A DNA stretch of 37,697 nucleotides from a plasmid, in sequence record NZ_CP016506.1; one strand, written 5' to 3'. This document shows, piece by piece, positions 10,296 through 20,449 of this stretch (its first letter is position 1; every line of letters begins with the position of its first letter). The notes under the pieces are model-generated. The model searched no databases and had not been told where the DNA came from. It saw nothing but the letters and a program-made list of their open reading frames with translations. Both the position numbers and the translations under genes were made by a program.

Positions 10296-11009
10296 TTAAC
10301 CTCTGGCTTCTTTATCGCGAACGTAGCTTGTTACAACGAACTTAAGAGGATTGTTATTACGTTCCCCTGACACCATTTCAACCTGCGGTTCGATACGATA
10401 AGTCAGGCGAACATTCCAGAACTCCTGGCGGGTTTGTCCGGTAGCAACATCCCTGATGGTCAGACGAAAACGAATATACGCACCGATATCTTTATCATCC
10501 GTCCGTGACGAAGGTGAAATTATGACAGATGGATTATCCTGAACCATTGCCGTTTTTTCTGCTTTGTTATAAACAAGTTTTGGTGCCTGTTCACTGTTAA
10601 ATAATGCGTTATAATCTGCCGCGACATTCTCCGCGCTGTAAGCCATTACATAATCATAATCATGCTGGAGACTGAAAAAATTATAACCTTCACGATGTTT
10701 TATATACTGGGTGATAAAATATCGGGCAATGGCTTCGTTTTCAGAAAGATTTTCTTTTTTAACAGAAGTCAGACGTTCAGCCACACCTGTAACCTTATCG
10801 ATAAGGTAGGCATCAACAACTGTTGTTTTCAGTGGTAATGCTGCATTTAATGCAAGTAAAGACAGCCCACCAATTAACATGCCTCCGATACCACCGAATT
10901 TATAAATACGATTCATTCTCTCCTGTAGTGCAATGTTTTTTTCTTCAAACGAAACTGATGAGTCAGTAACGTCTTTTTTATTTTTAAATCCGGGAAGTTT
11001 AAATTCCAT
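10296..11009 (-). CDS. pilX8: VirB8-family T4SS protein
   Basis: Bitopic, with a single TM segment and an NTF2-like periplasmic domain. Confidence 0.85.
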   Translation of the reverse strand: MEFKLPGFKNKKDVTDSSVSFEEKNIALQERMNRIYKFGGIGGMLIGGLSLLALNAALPLKTTVVDAYLIDKVTGVAERLTSVKKENLSENEAIARYFITQYIKHREGYNFFSLQHDYDYVMAYSAENVAADYNALFNSEQAPKLVYNKAEKTAMVQDNPSVIISPSSRTDDKDIGAYIRFRLTIRDVATGQTRQEFWNVRLTYRIEPQVEMVSGERNNNPLKFVVTSYVRDKEARG

Positions 11010-11127
11010 TTTGCATTACCTCAGCAGAATTAACAGGTTCGCTTTTCCCGGAAACGGGCGGTAGTTTATGTGACGCCTGACAACCAGCGAGACAAAGCGT
11101 CACGAAAGCCACAATAAGTAGTTTCAT
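10999..11127 (-). CDS. pilX7: VirB7-like lipoprotein (42 aa), not in ORF track
   Basis: Translates as MKLLIVAFVTLCLAGC... with lipobox LAGC|Q. Its stop overlaps the VirB8 start (ATGGAATTTAA). The position between virB6 and virB8 is canonical. Confidence 0.7.
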   Translation of the reverse strand: MKLLIVAFVTLCLAGCQASHKLPPVSGKSEPVNSAEVMQNGI

Positions 11128-11253
11128 AATATGAACACCTGTATAACAGATTAATATTTACAGAAGACTCAGTCTGAACAAAGAAAATAGATCGTGACAA
11201 GCCCGTTAATTATGAAAAGAACATTTAAAATGGTATCAACACTCATAATTAAA

Positions 11254-12315
11254 TCACCCTCCATACATTTTCTTTGCCCTCTCAATAGCTGCCTGACGAA
11301 GCTTTTTGGCACCAATATTAACGCCCTGTCCGGCCAGGTTAGCGGTCTTACCCGTTATTCCCGGAGACTGACCAAACCCGCCTTCCTGACGACGCAGACC
11401 TTTCCATGCACCAATACCGGCATTTCTGCCCATACCAAGTGCGCCACGCGCCATACGGGATGCACCGAAAACGCCAGCACCAATCCCCATAGCGGCTGCG
11501 CCCTGCATGGCACCTTCAACACCCACACCTGCAATCTGTGAAGCATAACTTTTCGCCTGCCAGATAATCCAGGCCATGAAAATGCCAGCAACAGCCGCAG
11601 TAGCGCCAATCTTAATTAGATTACGATTGTCTACCGTATCTATTGCCAGAGATAAAACTATATTGAGAAATGATGTTCCGGCTCTTAAAGCTAATGAACC
11701 GAACATAAATATCAAGCATGAACTGAAAATAAGCTGCAACCAGCTATTAAACATTTGTCTCAAAAAACCAAACATCAGGCAAAAGATAAAAACAGGTGCA
11801 GTGACAGTCAATAATTTCAGGGTTACTTCCGCAGCAAGAAAAACTATAGCACATGCAACTAATGCTAATATTCCACCAAAATAAGTAAAAAGAGCAGCTA
11901 TAGCGCCATCTGTTTTTACATAAGTTGAAGTATCCTTAGACATAACATGCGCAGCAACCTGTTGTACTTTCGTCCATAACTGATCTAACCATAACCAAGC
12001 ATCATTATTACCAGATAACGAATCCTTTAAACCATCTATTGCTACCAGGGAAGTATTTAGCCACCCACCTGCATTTTGTACAAATATTAAAATTATAGAA
12101 AACCTGCACAAGTTCCAGATAAAATCAGGCACAGGTGTTTGCTGTTTTCTAGCCAGAACAGTAAAAGCATACCATAACACATAGATGGACACCCCGTAGC
12201 GTCCTAGGGTGCCTGCTATATTACTTAAACTTGTTAACTGACCAGAAACCGAAGCATCGAGAACCGAGAGGATCTCTTCTTTTGCTGTGACAAAAAAATT
12301 ACTTGCTTCAGCCAT
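11254..12315 (-). CDS. pilX6: VirB6-family polytopic inner-membrane T4SS protein
   Basis: Multiple TM helices and a Gly-rich C-terminus. Confidence 0.85.
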   Translation of the reverse strand: MAEASNFFVTAKEEILSVLDASVSGQLTSLSNIAGTLGRYGVSIYVLWYAFTVLARKQQTPVPDFIWNLCRFSIILIFVQNAGGWLNTSLVAIDGLKDSLSGNNDAWLWLDQLWTKVQQVAAHVMSKDTSTYVKTDGAIAALFTYFGGILALVACAIVFLAAEVTLKLLTVTAPVFIFCLMFGFLRQMFNSWLQLIFSSCLIFMFGSLALRAGTSFLNIVLSLAIDTVDNRNLIKIGATAAVAGIFMAWIIWQAKSYASQIAGVGVEGAMQGAAAMGIGAGVFGASRMARGALGMGRNAGIGAWKGLRRQEGGFGQSPGITGKTANLAGQGVNIGAKKLRQAAIERAKKMYGG

Positions 12316-12326
12316 CTCTTGTTTCC

Positions 12327-12611
12327 TTATTTTTTAGGCACATCACCTTTTTCTTCATGATTAGAAGCATCTTTATATTTTTTAAAATACTCTTTAAAAT
12401 TTGGTTCTTTGGCATGAAGTTGTTGATAACGGAAATTAGCTTCTTTTACATTTCGACAATTCTGGCTGTCACTTCCGGTTTTCTTACACTCAGCTTCTTT
12501 TTTCAATGATTCTTCATGATGCTCCAACCACCAATCAACAGATTTGGTTTCCTCACATCCAACAAGGGAAAAAATACTGAGTGCACCAATCAAAACAAAA
12601 GACTTTTTCAT
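12327..12611 (-). CDS. eex: entry-exclusion lipoprotein
   Basis: Lipobox LVGC|E. Its position between virB5 and virB6 matches pKM101 and IncX eex. Confidence 0.65.
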   Translation of the reverse strand: MKKSFVLIGALSIFSLVGCEETKSVDWWLEHHEESLKKEAECKKTGSDSQNCRNVKEANFRYQQLHAKEPNFKEYFKKYKDASNHEEKGDVPKK

Positions 12612-12625
12612 AAGACAACCTCTCT

Positions 12626-13375
12626 TCAGTTTAAAGTGTATCTTCTCGCTGCATCCTTAAATGAAGGTTCTTCAGCCTCTAGTTGTTGTTTTCTGAAAGC
12701 AGCCTGAGCCATCTTCTCTTTATATTCTGCAAGATCTCGTTGCTTATCGCGATACATTTGATACTGAAATTTGAGCTTCTCGAACTTCAGTTGTTCAAGT
12801 GCAACAGCGTTTGTTGCATCCTGCGTGGCCTTCGTATCCTTCGCATTTTTGACTTGATCAATAAGGCCTTTCATCGTCTGGTTGTCCTGACGAAGCTTGC
12901 TCTCCAGCTTGTTACCGTATTCCACGCTTGCCAGTTGAGAAAGGAACGTCGCTTCACATCCCCGTACCAGGTCGCCGGAATATCCCAGGTTCTGGCAGGT
13001 ATCCGTTACTTTGTAATCTGACAATAACGATTTGGCCTGTTCCGATAACGCCCCTTCAGGATTTTTAATGTAATCGTCAATAAAAGCATTCCCCTGATCA
13101 TAAATCTGCATCAGTTCCTGACTCACTGACTGTGCGGACTGCACCAGTCCCTGCACATCACGGATACCCGTTTTTGACAGCAGCTCCTGTTTGTACGCAT
13201 TTATCTGATTTTCGTAATGTTTTACCGTTTCCGCCCATTGCTTAAGGCGTTCTGTCCATCGTCCGGCTTCAATCGCCCATTCAGGGTTGGCGTTGATGGC
13301 AACAGGTATCCCTGCCTGAGCGCCGGAAATAACAATCAGTGAAGCGACGAATGCCGCCATAATTTGCTTTTTCAT
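12626..13375 (-). CDS. pilX5: VirB5-family minor pilin/adhesin
   Basis: Signal peptide and a helical VirB5-like protein. Confidence 0.8.
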   Translation of the reverse strand: MKKQIMAAFVASLIVISGAQAGIPVAINANPEWAIEAGRWTERLKQWAETVKHYENQINAYKQELLSKTGIRDVQGLVQSAQSVSQELMQIYDQGNAFIDDYIKNPEGALSEQAKSLLSDYKVTDTCQNLGYSGDLVRGCEATFLSQLASVEYGNKLESKLRQDNQTMKGLIDQVKNAKDTKATQDATNAVALEQLKFEKLKFQYQMYRDKQRDLAEYKEKMAQAAFRKQQLEAEEPSFKDAARRYTLN

Positions 13376-13385
13376 TGGTGATTCC

Positions 13386-16139
13386 TCAAATCAGGTTCGC
13401 CTGTTCCAGATAGGTATCAAGCCACTCTTCCGGCTTCATTCCTTCTTTCCAGATTTCATCGAACAGTTCTAACTGGGGTTTTGATGCACTGAGAACCGGT
13501 AAGTAATACGCTGCTTTTCCCAGCTCCAGTCTGGCAAAAGCAGCAAAATCATCACTTTCACCTTTCCTCTGTGGGTTCTTAACAACAAGGAACTGGCGGG
13601 ACAGCGGATCGATAGCTTTAATTTTGTCAAAATAAAGCTCCCTGACCTGCAAACCATCAACATATTCACTACGTTTGGCTTTCGGGTTTGCCAGATAGAT
13701 ATGAGTGGCGCATTGCTCACGAACCGCTGCCGCAATGGGTGATTTAATCAGTTCATCCGGTGACTGTGTGGCTACTACAAGCACCATATCGAGTTTACGT
13801 CCGGTTTTCAGCTTGTTGTAAACAAAGTCCCTGAACGCTTCGTTATTGATCCATTGCCAGAACTCATCCATGTAGATAAGAAGCCTGCGACCATCGGCCA
13901 GCATAGTGACCCGATAGATGAGATAGAATGAAGCAGCACTGGCCAGCACCTTATTATCCAGGAATTCCGTTCCATCAATACCGAAAACATCCAGGTTATC
14001 GACATCAAACGTGTCTTCCCGATTGTCGAACACCCAGCCAAACTCTTCCCCCTGCGTCCACGGCTTAAGACGGGCTTTAAGTCCATGACGTTTGGTTTCA
14101 GTATCATCCGGCTCCTGGATAAGAGGCCGTAGTTTACTGATAGGATAAGAGCGATCTGACCGTTGCATAAGACGTTCAACCGCATCTGAAATCAGGCTGT
14201 TCTGGTAATCATCGAGCGGCTCACTGTTGAGAGTACAAAGCAGCCTCACCAGGTCCTTCATAAAAGCGATATTACGTTTTGTTGGCGGCAGTGCGGCGGG
14301 ATTCCAGCCTGTCGGCTCTCCCTCCTTCACCCGGTAATAAGATCCCCCCATTGCCCGTATACCGACTTCACCTGCCCGGTCTTTATCGAAAAAAACCGTG
14401 GTCAGTTTTTTCAGTTTTCTGTTTGCAGGGAATGATTCCGGCGTACCGAACTGCTGGGCGGCAAATGCTTTTGTCATCAGTAATACGGTTTTACCCACGT
14501 TAGACGTACCGAGAATTTCGGTATGCCCCAGCGTCGGGTTCTTACCGAAGAAATTCTGATGTTCAGTCGTCATATGGTAATTCAGATGGTAGATATCATT
14601 ACCTGACCCCCGAAGAGTAATCAGTTTTTCCCCCCAGGTATTTCCTTTTTCTTTTCCTGAAAAGAAATTATGAAAACTTTCCATTTCAGCAAAATTAAGA
14701 CTACTGAGGATACTCAGACGAGGGCGAAGCGTATAATTTCCTGGTAGCTGAGCAAAATAAGCTGCGCCAAGACTCAGTGTTGAATAAGTGACAATCAGCC
14801 CCAAATCTTCCAGAGTGGAAGTCACGATATTGGTGTCTTTCACCAGACGCTCCGGTGAATCCGCAAAGACAACCAGGGTCTGATGCGATTTCCCGAAAGA
14901 AATATATCCACTGGAAACCATATCCAGTCCGACTTTCAGATCTGCCAGCAAAGATTTGGCAGCATCATCTGTCATTTCCAGCTTATCGATCTGATCATCC
15001 AGCGCCTTAATCGCTGACTGCTTATCCATCGCAGTAAAGGACGATGTCACGACATACTCAACGGGGAGATACATCAGAGCATCCAGAATACCGGCATCCG
15101 TCTCCTGAAAATAATCCTTAATCTCTATGCAACGAAAATACCGGGCATGGTCTGACGCGGTAATTTGTCCGGCATCATTACCAAAGAACAGGTCTTTTCC
15201 TCCCAGATATGTATAAAACGGACTACTGCTAACCCTGACCTTTTGCCATCGACCAGAAAGCAGATACTGGAACAGAGATAACTGATCTGAATAAACAACC
15301 CCATGATCTTCATAAAGTCCAAGACGTCGGGAATGAAAACGGGACAGATAGGTATTCAACCTGTCGCAAATTTCATTCATTTCATTAACAGGCTCTTTAA
15401 AGATATCTTTTTGTTTTTTACTGCGTGAAAAGAAATGTGTTACTTTATCTTCCGTAGTAAAAGGTTTAAAACAAATCGTCAGAAATAATTTATTCTCGAA
15501 AAATTCAGACTGAGGGAATGACTCGTAATAATCATTCATTACTCTGTTCACAAAAGGAATTTTACTGTTAAATACTGGTCTGACGTCCTTTTTACACCTG
15601 ATACGATGAGGATAAAGCGTAACAGATTTCCCTTCAAAGCTACGTATAAGCGTATTAAGCTGATCTGTCAGAATTGACAAATCTTCAGAATCAACACACT
15701 CAAAGTAAGCACCGTCTATCTGCCAGGTTGCCAGCAAATCCCGGTTTTTTGTAACGATAATATTATCAGTGATATGTGAAGAGTACGGAATTAACTCTTC
15801 AACAGAAGACTGGTCTTTCAGCTTCATAAAGTTATCCACTTTTGAAATATCAACTTCGTCGTACTGGCTCCCCGCATAATGGACTGCGCTGAATCGCTTG
15901 TTTGATAAAGGATGCCCTTTGACAAGAGTTCTCAGATACAGAAGGTCAAAAAAGCGTTCATCAAACTGTGTTACACGCCTGATGGCATACCAGCCAGGAA
16001 GAATAAGGGCATACATAGCCTCATGAATCCAGACACCAAGCAGAACACAAATAATGCACATTCCAAGAAAGGGGTAGAGCGGAACGCCCAGCCCCCTTAT
16101 TAAAGCAGGGCGCGTAAGACCTTTAAAAAGAGTACTCAT
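13386..16139 (-). CDS. pilX3-4: VirB3-VirB4 fusion ATPase
   Basis: An N-terminal VirB3-like TM segment of about 95 aa fused to a VirB4 ATPase (Walker A GTSNVGKT). Confidence 0.9.
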   Translation of the reverse strand: MSTLFKGLTRPALIRGLGVPLYPFLGMCIICVLLGVWIHEAMYALILPGWYAIRRVTQFDERFFDLLYLRTLVKGHPLSNKRFSAVHYAGSQYDEVDISKVDNFMKLKDQSSVEELIPYSSHITDNIIVTKNRDLLATWQIDGAYFECVDSEDLSILTDQLNTLIRSFEGKSVTLYPHRIRCKKDVRPVFNSKIPFVNRVMNDYYESFPQSEFFENKLFLTICFKPFTTEDKVTHFFSRSKKQKDIFKEPVNEMNEICDRLNTYLSRFHSRRLGLYEDHGVVYSDQLSLFQYLLSGRWQKVRVSSSPFYTYLGGKDLFFGNDAGQITASDHARYFRCIEIKDYFQETDAGILDALMYLPVEYVVTSSFTAMDKQSAIKALDDQIDKLEMTDDAAKSLLADLKVGLDMVSSGYISFGKSHQTLVVFADSPERLVKDTNIVTSTLEDLGLIVTYSTLSLGAAYFAQLPGNYTLRPRLSILSSLNFAEMESFHNFFSGKEKGNTWGEKLITLRGSGNDIYHLNYHMTTEHQNFFGKNPTLGHTEILGTSNVGKTVLLMTKAFAAQQFGTPESFPANRKLKKLTTVFFDKDRAGEVGIRAMGGSYYRVKEGEPTGWNPAALPPTKRNIAFMKDLVRLLCTLNSEPLDDYQNSLISDAVERLMQRSDRSYPISKLRPLIQEPDDTETKRHGLKARLKPWTQGEEFGWVFDNREDTFDVDNLDVFGIDGTEFLDNKVLASAASFYLIYRVTMLADGRRLLIYMDEFWQWINNEAFRDFVYNKLKTGRKLDMVLVVATQSPDELIKSPIAAAVREQCATHIYLANPKAKRSEYVDGLQVRELYFDKIKAIDPLSRQFLVVKNPQRKGESDDFAAFARLELGKAAYYLPVLSASKPQLELFDEIWKEGMKPEEWLDTYLEQANLI

Positions 16140-16157
16140 AATGCGCCCATCCTTTAA

Positions 16158-16487
16158 TTACGCAAGCCAGTCAGGAATATATGGTGCAACAATAAAGATG
16201 ATAATTCCGATAACAAGTGGGACTATCCATGAGGTATGTTGACGAGAAAATATCGCAATATACCCAATAACAAGAGCAATAATTGTAATTGCAGGCTTAC
16301 GAATATCCGTTAAAAAATCAATTATTTTCTGTAAAAAACCAGTTGTCTTCGTAGACACATCATCCGCAAAAGCAGGTTCTGCAACACAAAGCATCAACGC
16401 AGCCATAAATAGAGAAAGCGTTAAATAACGTTTATTCAGATTTAATTTCAACATCTTTTGTTTCCTTTTCATTTGATACAGTGCCAC
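16158..16487 (-). CDS. pilX2: VirB2-family pilin precursor
   Basis: A long signal peptide followed by two hydrophobic helices. The true start is probably the internal Met at 16454. Confidence 0.8.
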   Translation of the reverse strand: MALYQMKRKQKMLKLNLNKRYLTLSLFMAALMLCVAEPAFADDVSTKTTGFLQKIIDFLTDIRKPAITIIALVIGYIAIFSRQHTSWIVPLVIGIIIFIVAPYIPDWLA

Positions 16488-17115
16488 GCATGGCGTATTG
16501 AGGATATATAATGATTTCTTCAGGTGTGATAGTCGTCTTACTCTCCTTTTTAATCATTTCCTTTACAGAGGGAACAATAAAACTTTTTTTATTATCAGGA
16601 GGGCTAAATCCTATACGTTGTACATAACTTGTATTATTAAATTCAGGTTCTGGCTTTACTCCTGTTTCTGGATTGCCGGAATAATAGCAACTCAGCCCAC
16701 GCACTAAGTCGCCACCTCGTTTATAACAGTCAACCAGTATTTTTTCTGATACCTTAAGATTTTCGCATGGATCAAACATTTTCTCTGCTGTTGTACCAAA
16801 CTTTGCAAAATTGGTACTCGTTATTTGCATAAGTCCTACAGAGTAACGATGATTCCGTAATTCAATGTTTTTAACGATCTTAAGTGCTGCCTCCTTTGAT
16901 TCAGGAAAGTAAGATACTACGCCTTTATCACCAGGTTTGCGTTTAACCTTTGGTATTATTTCCGCAATCGCATATGGGTTAAAACCTGATTCAACCCTGG
17001 CGACTTCGTGCGTTGTATCGGGATGAACGCTGGCAGCGCATTGCATGGCAAGCGCAAGAAAAGTAGAAGTAGATAACATAAATATTCCACATTCAGAACA
17101 CCGGGGCGCTATCAC
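16432..17115 (-). CDS. pilX1: VirB1-family lytic transglycosylase
   Basis: SLT domain with GLMQI and the catalytic E. The GTG start overlaps the upstream stop as GTGA. Confidence 0.85.
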   Translation of the reverse strand: MIAPRCSECGIFMLSTSTFLALAMQCAASVHPDTTHEVARVESGFNPYAIAEIIPKVKRKPGDKGVVSYFPESKEAALKIVKNIELRNHRYSVGLMQITSTNFAKFGTTAEKMFDPCENLKVSEKILVDCYKRGGDLVRGLSCYYSGNPETGVKPEPEFNNTSYVQRIGFSPPDNKKSFIVPSVKEMIKKESKTTITPEEIIIYPQYAMRGTVSNEKETKDVEIKSE

Positions 17116-17324
17116 TCGTCAGGAATATCAGCCCCATGAATAAGTTCTTTCATCGCCTGAGATTTGTATTTTTTAATAAGATACTGAACAAAACCAGAAT
17201 CAGAGATACGTCTCCCCCTCTTGAAACTTATTTCAATTGCAATTTTTTCAACTTCAACACGAACTTCTGTAGGAAGGTAGAGTACATTGCGTTGCGGTTT
17301 CCGCTTTCCTTTTATAGCTGTCAT
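17112..17324 (-). CDS. small basic DNA-binding-like protein (possible RHH) between actX and pilX1
   Basis: A basic N-terminus followed by a beta-strand-helix pattern. Translationally coupled to pilX1. Confidence 0.5.
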   Translation of the reverse strand: MTAIKGKRKPQRNVLYLPTEVRVEVEKIAIEISFKRGRRISDSGFVQYLIKKYKSQAMKELIHGADIPDE

Positions 17325-17772
17325 TTTTTAACCTGTCATATTTTCTGTTACACACATAGTCGGCAAAGACTTGTCCACGCTTTGAAGCGTCTGCAAGGAG
17401 AAGTATTTTTGCCAGACAGGAGTTATTCATCAGGCTTAAATTCATCGAAAAAATCTTCTCCTGCTCTTTTACTTCATTTATGACACTTAGAGGAACTTCA
17501 GCAGGATATTCACCAAAACTGACCAGTCCATAAACATTTTTCATCCGGGTAAAGCAGGATGGATGTACAACCTCAAAATCCAGAAGAACGAATACATAAC
17601 CGGGAAACATTGGCATGATTTGTCCCCTGTATGCACTACAGTCACGCCTCTTATAGAAAGTGCGTATAACTGGATTGTAGTAAGCGATACCGCTCCGGGA
17701 TAACTGCAACAGAACCGACTGATGAAAATGCGGAGAACACTGAAGCAGGTAAAACTGTTTCTGTCCTTTCAT
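17254..17772 (-). CDS. actX: NusG/RfaH-family transcription antiterminator
   Basis: The NGN domain matches RfaH: KQFYLLQC....LLQLSRSGIAYYNP ... MPMFPGYVFVLLDFEV. The start is ambiguous between 17772 and 17808. Confidence 0.8.
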   Translation of the reverse strand: MKGQKQFYLLQCSPHFHQSVLLQLSRSGIAYYNPVIRTFYKRRDCSAYRGQIMPMFPGYVFVLLDFEVVHPSCFTRMKNVYGLVSFGEYPAEVPLSVINEVKEQEKIFSMNLSLMNNSCLAKILLLADASKRGQVFADYVCNRKYDRLKNDSYKRKAETATQCTLPSYRSSC

Positions 17773-18124
17773 ACTCAATCCCCGATATACAGATGTGACA
17801 AAACACAAGCCAACCGTGGTTGCTTGTGAGAAATCACGCCCCTATGAAGAGAGACTTTTTACTATTGCGCGAAGTTTATACTACAAGTGGCTTATGCTAA
17901 GTTCAACACATAAAACAGATCTTTCGATCTTGATAAATCAATTTTTCTTTCACTTATTCCATGCAAACAATGAAACACAGAATATTCATCTTTTGCAGAT
18001 CTGTTTTTTAGATCGATAGATCGAATGATAGCTAAAACGCAGAATTTCGATCTGTTTTTAAGGCGAAAAGATGAGCAAGCGAACTAGAATAAATATTTTT
18101 CTCGCATAATCAATACATTAAATC

Positions 18125-19291
18125 TTATAAGCCCAAAAACTTAATCCCTGTTTTCAGCTTCTGTTCTGACTGTAACGTGGATGCTTTCTGCTGCGTAAAC
18201 TGCGCCATTCGCTGTTGTTGCTTCAACAGCATATCAGGGCTGTTCAGTACCAGCTCTTTGCTGGCTGAAGGTGTTCTGTCTACGCCCTTAACCCCCAGAT
18301 TTTCTAACTGCCACTCATTTCTGTGAACCGTTTTCCAGCCATGCTGAACACCGTTTTTATCGAGCGCCGGGATTTTTACTTCTTTCTGACCAAGTTTCTT
18401 CAGTCTGACAAGATCACCTGCTTTAACGCTTTCCCGCGAACATAAGCCCCCAAAATCAGCCCCCCAGTATGTTTTCTCAACCCCCTTGTTAAGAGTCTTT
18501 AGCTTTATAAAATGTTGCTTAGACTTTGTTTTATCGTTCTGATAATGGTCATAGCCAATATCAACAACCTCATAAACACCTTTCTGTCTTTTTGGTGCTG
18601 TATTATGTGCATCTTTAACAGACTGATTAAGTCCATGCTGTTGCTTATGGGTCGCTTTAACGTCATAACCTTTTAACTTCAACTCTTCACAAAAACCTGT
18701 ACGAATTTCCCGTAAATCTTTTTTCCTGATATCAGCGCGTTTACCGTCATTATCTCGGATACGAAAAACAACATGAACGTGAGGATGTTCTTTCTTGTCA
18801 CAGTGGTATCCAAGAACAAAACGGTGATTAGGATATTTTTTCTGCATCGTTTTCCTGACAGACTCCAGCAAATCTTCAGGCTTTACTTTCGCTGAAACTG
18901 GAGGCGAGAAGACAATATTCTGTGTGATTTTTTTATTTTCTTTACCTTTATCATTCATCACATGCTGAGGATCATTAGCACGATCTATCATGTGCTCTTT
19001 AGCTTCCAGAATTTCGTCACCCGTCCATACCCGACCGCTTTCACTCATCACTGGTAGCTCTGACTCACGGCTCATATAATCAATACTGTTCCGAATCCCC
19101 TGACGAGTAACAGCACCTCCAGATATTTTGACAACAACCTCCTTACTGGCACCCTTGCGGTTGATACGTTCCTGAACATTGCGGCTATAGTTCTTTCCAC
19201 CATTTTTGACTTTGTGAGCGAAAGCTGACTTACGACCATTTTCTGATGACTTTCGTTTAACACGATGTTCTTTATCAACGTAAACGCCCAT
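18125..19291 (-). CDS. taxC: MOBP-family relaxase
   Basis: A VirD2-like N-terminus with the HPHVHVV histidine triad and a Tyr-containing N-terminal region. An ATG at 19291 follows a GGAG RBS. Confidence 0.85.
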   Translation of the reverse strand: MGVYVDKEHRVKRKSSENGRKSAFAHKVKNGGKNYSRNVQERINRKGASKEVVVKISGGAVTRQGIRNSIDYMSRESELPVMSESGRVWTGDEILEAKEHMIDRANDPQHVMNDKGKENKKITQNIVFSPPVSAKVKPEDLLESVRKTMQKKYPNHRFVLGYHCDKKEHPHVHVVFRIRDNDGKRADIRKKDLREIRTGFCEELKLKGYDVKATHKQQHGLNQSVKDAHNTAPKRQKGVYEVVDIGYDHYQNDKTKSKQHFIKLKTLNKGVEKTYWGADFGGLCSRESVKAGDLVRLKKLGQKEVKIPALDKNGVQHGWKTVHRNEWQLENLGVKGVDRTPSASKELVLNSPDMLLKQQQRMAQFTQQKASTLQSEQKLKTGIKFLGL

Positions 19292-19293
19292 AA

Positions 19294-19839
19294 TCACATC
19301 TCCACTTTATTTGAAACAGTTCTCCCTTTACATAACATAATGTAATTCTCAAACTGATTCTTAAGATTAAAAATTTCTGTTGTAAGACGCTCCGCATCCT
19401 GATAGAAACCATCTTTATCAAGAACCCTGGTCTGATCATTAACAATGATATAATGGAAATTACGACCGATCTTATCAATTGAATTACGGCAACGATTCAT
19501 CATCAGCAGTTCCTGGTCAAAGAAATCCAGTTCATTTTCAAGTGTCGTCTGTATGCGGTAACGACATTCTCGTGATAACGTCCATCCGTGACGATTAGCA
19601 GCTCTTTCAATATCAGCCCTTTGTTTACCTGTTAAGTACATCGTTGTTTTGATAAAATCATTATTATCAAAAAACGTATTTATATCCTTACTGACAGCTT
19701 TACTTTTTAATAAAGCATTTGCTAAAAGTTTCATGCCTTTAGCTACTGTTAAAGCTGGTTCATCCGGATAAAGAGTTTTAAGGCAATCCAGCAAATCATC
19801 ATGCTGATTTTCATCAATTCTGAATTGAACTTTTTTCAT
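19294..19839 (-). CDS. taxA: relaxosome accessory protein
   Basis: Immediately upstream of the relaxase. The start at MKKVQF has a GGAG RBS. The 23 residues before it in the ORF track are translated from oriT repeat sequence. Confidence 0.7.
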   Translation of the reverse strand: MKKVQFRIDENQHDDLLDCLKTLYPDEPALTVAKGMKLLANALLKSKAVSKDINTFFDNNDFIKTTMYLTGKQRADIERAANRHGWTLSRECRYRIQTTLENELDFFDQELLMMNRCRNSIDKIGRNFHYIIVNDQTRVLDKDGFYQDAERLTTEIFNLKNQFENYIMLCKGRTVSNKVEM

Positions 19840-19940
19840 AAAATTCTCCAACAAGAACCGACTGTAGGTCACCGGGCAAATGTTGCGGAATGGCGTCAGA
19901 GACGTCATTTTGCGGCGTTTGCCCTATCCTGCATCGCAGT
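19840..19940. repeat. oriT: oriT-like element, left copy of a roughly 100-bp inverted repeat; contains MOBP nic motif TATCCTG|CATC and GC-rich hairpin
   Basis: Its reverse complement at 25390-25491 is about 97% identical. It carries the YATCCTG|Y nic consensus of RP4-type oriTs. It lies directly upstream of taxA. Confidence 0.6.
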
Positions 19941-20164
19941 GAATCTGGCGCCGCTCATAAATTGTGCTTGAGCATCAACAAAAATGCAAAAAGGCTGATG
20001 TTGTCATGGCTGAACATACGTACGTCTGCGACCGGAAACCCGATCAATGCGGTAAGGACAGTGCCGTCAGGTTCGCTCCGCGAACGGTCTGGCAGGAAGC
20101 GCAAGCGCAGTCCCGCGCAATATATCAGAAAGCACCTCCCGAAATACGGGAGGGCTTCGGCTAT

Positions 20165-20437
20165 TCAGCTAAGGTTGCTCTGTTCAGGTTGCTGAGTGTA
20201 GCCTTCCATGCCCTGACGGGCATCAAAAAGCCAGCGCCGGAAGTTACTCATTCTTTCAAGGTTAGCTTTGCTTGGTTTTTTGCCACGATTACCACTTAAT
20301 ATCCGCCAGACTCGTATTCCTGCTTTATTAGTCCAGTGCAGAACAATTTCTCCTTTGCTGTTAAAAGCAAGAGAAAAGCGTACAGCGCCTTGCCGCAATT
20401 CTCCACTGACAAAGGACACAAAATCATGTTTTGTCAT
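20165..20437 (-). CDS. hypothetical protein (90 aa), leading-region
   Basis: A strong GGAGG RBS. Preferred over the antisense ORF 19964..20299. Confidence 0.55.
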   Translation of the reverse strand: MTKHDFVSFVSGELRQGAVRFSLAFNSKGEIVLHWTNKAGIRVWRILSGNRGKKPSKANLERMSNFRRWLFDARQGMEGYTQQPEQSNLS

Positions 20438-20449
20438 AAAGCCTCCGGT

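Noticed and set aside
11056-11069. ops-like element GGCGGTAGTTTATG (RfaH recruitment site) given the RfaH-like ActX
   Set aside because: It lies on the plus strand, inside the virB7 coding sequence, whereas the T4SS operon is transcribed on the minus strand. It is only a 9 of 12 match and is probably chance.
13469-15322. ORFs inside or antisense to the VirB3-B4 gene (13469..13735, 13808..14185, 14279..14503, 15125..15322)
   Set aside because: They are embedded in a conserved ATPase gene and are typical spurious frames.
19072-19478. 68- and 67-aa ORFs overlapping the taxC and taxA junction
   Set aside because: They are out of frame with well-supported relaxase genes.
19964-20299. Plus-strand 111-aa ORF overlapping the 90-aa minus-strand gene
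   Set aside because: It has no convincing RBS and starts next to the oriT repeat. The antisense 90-aa ORF has a perfect GGAGG RBS and is operon-coupled.
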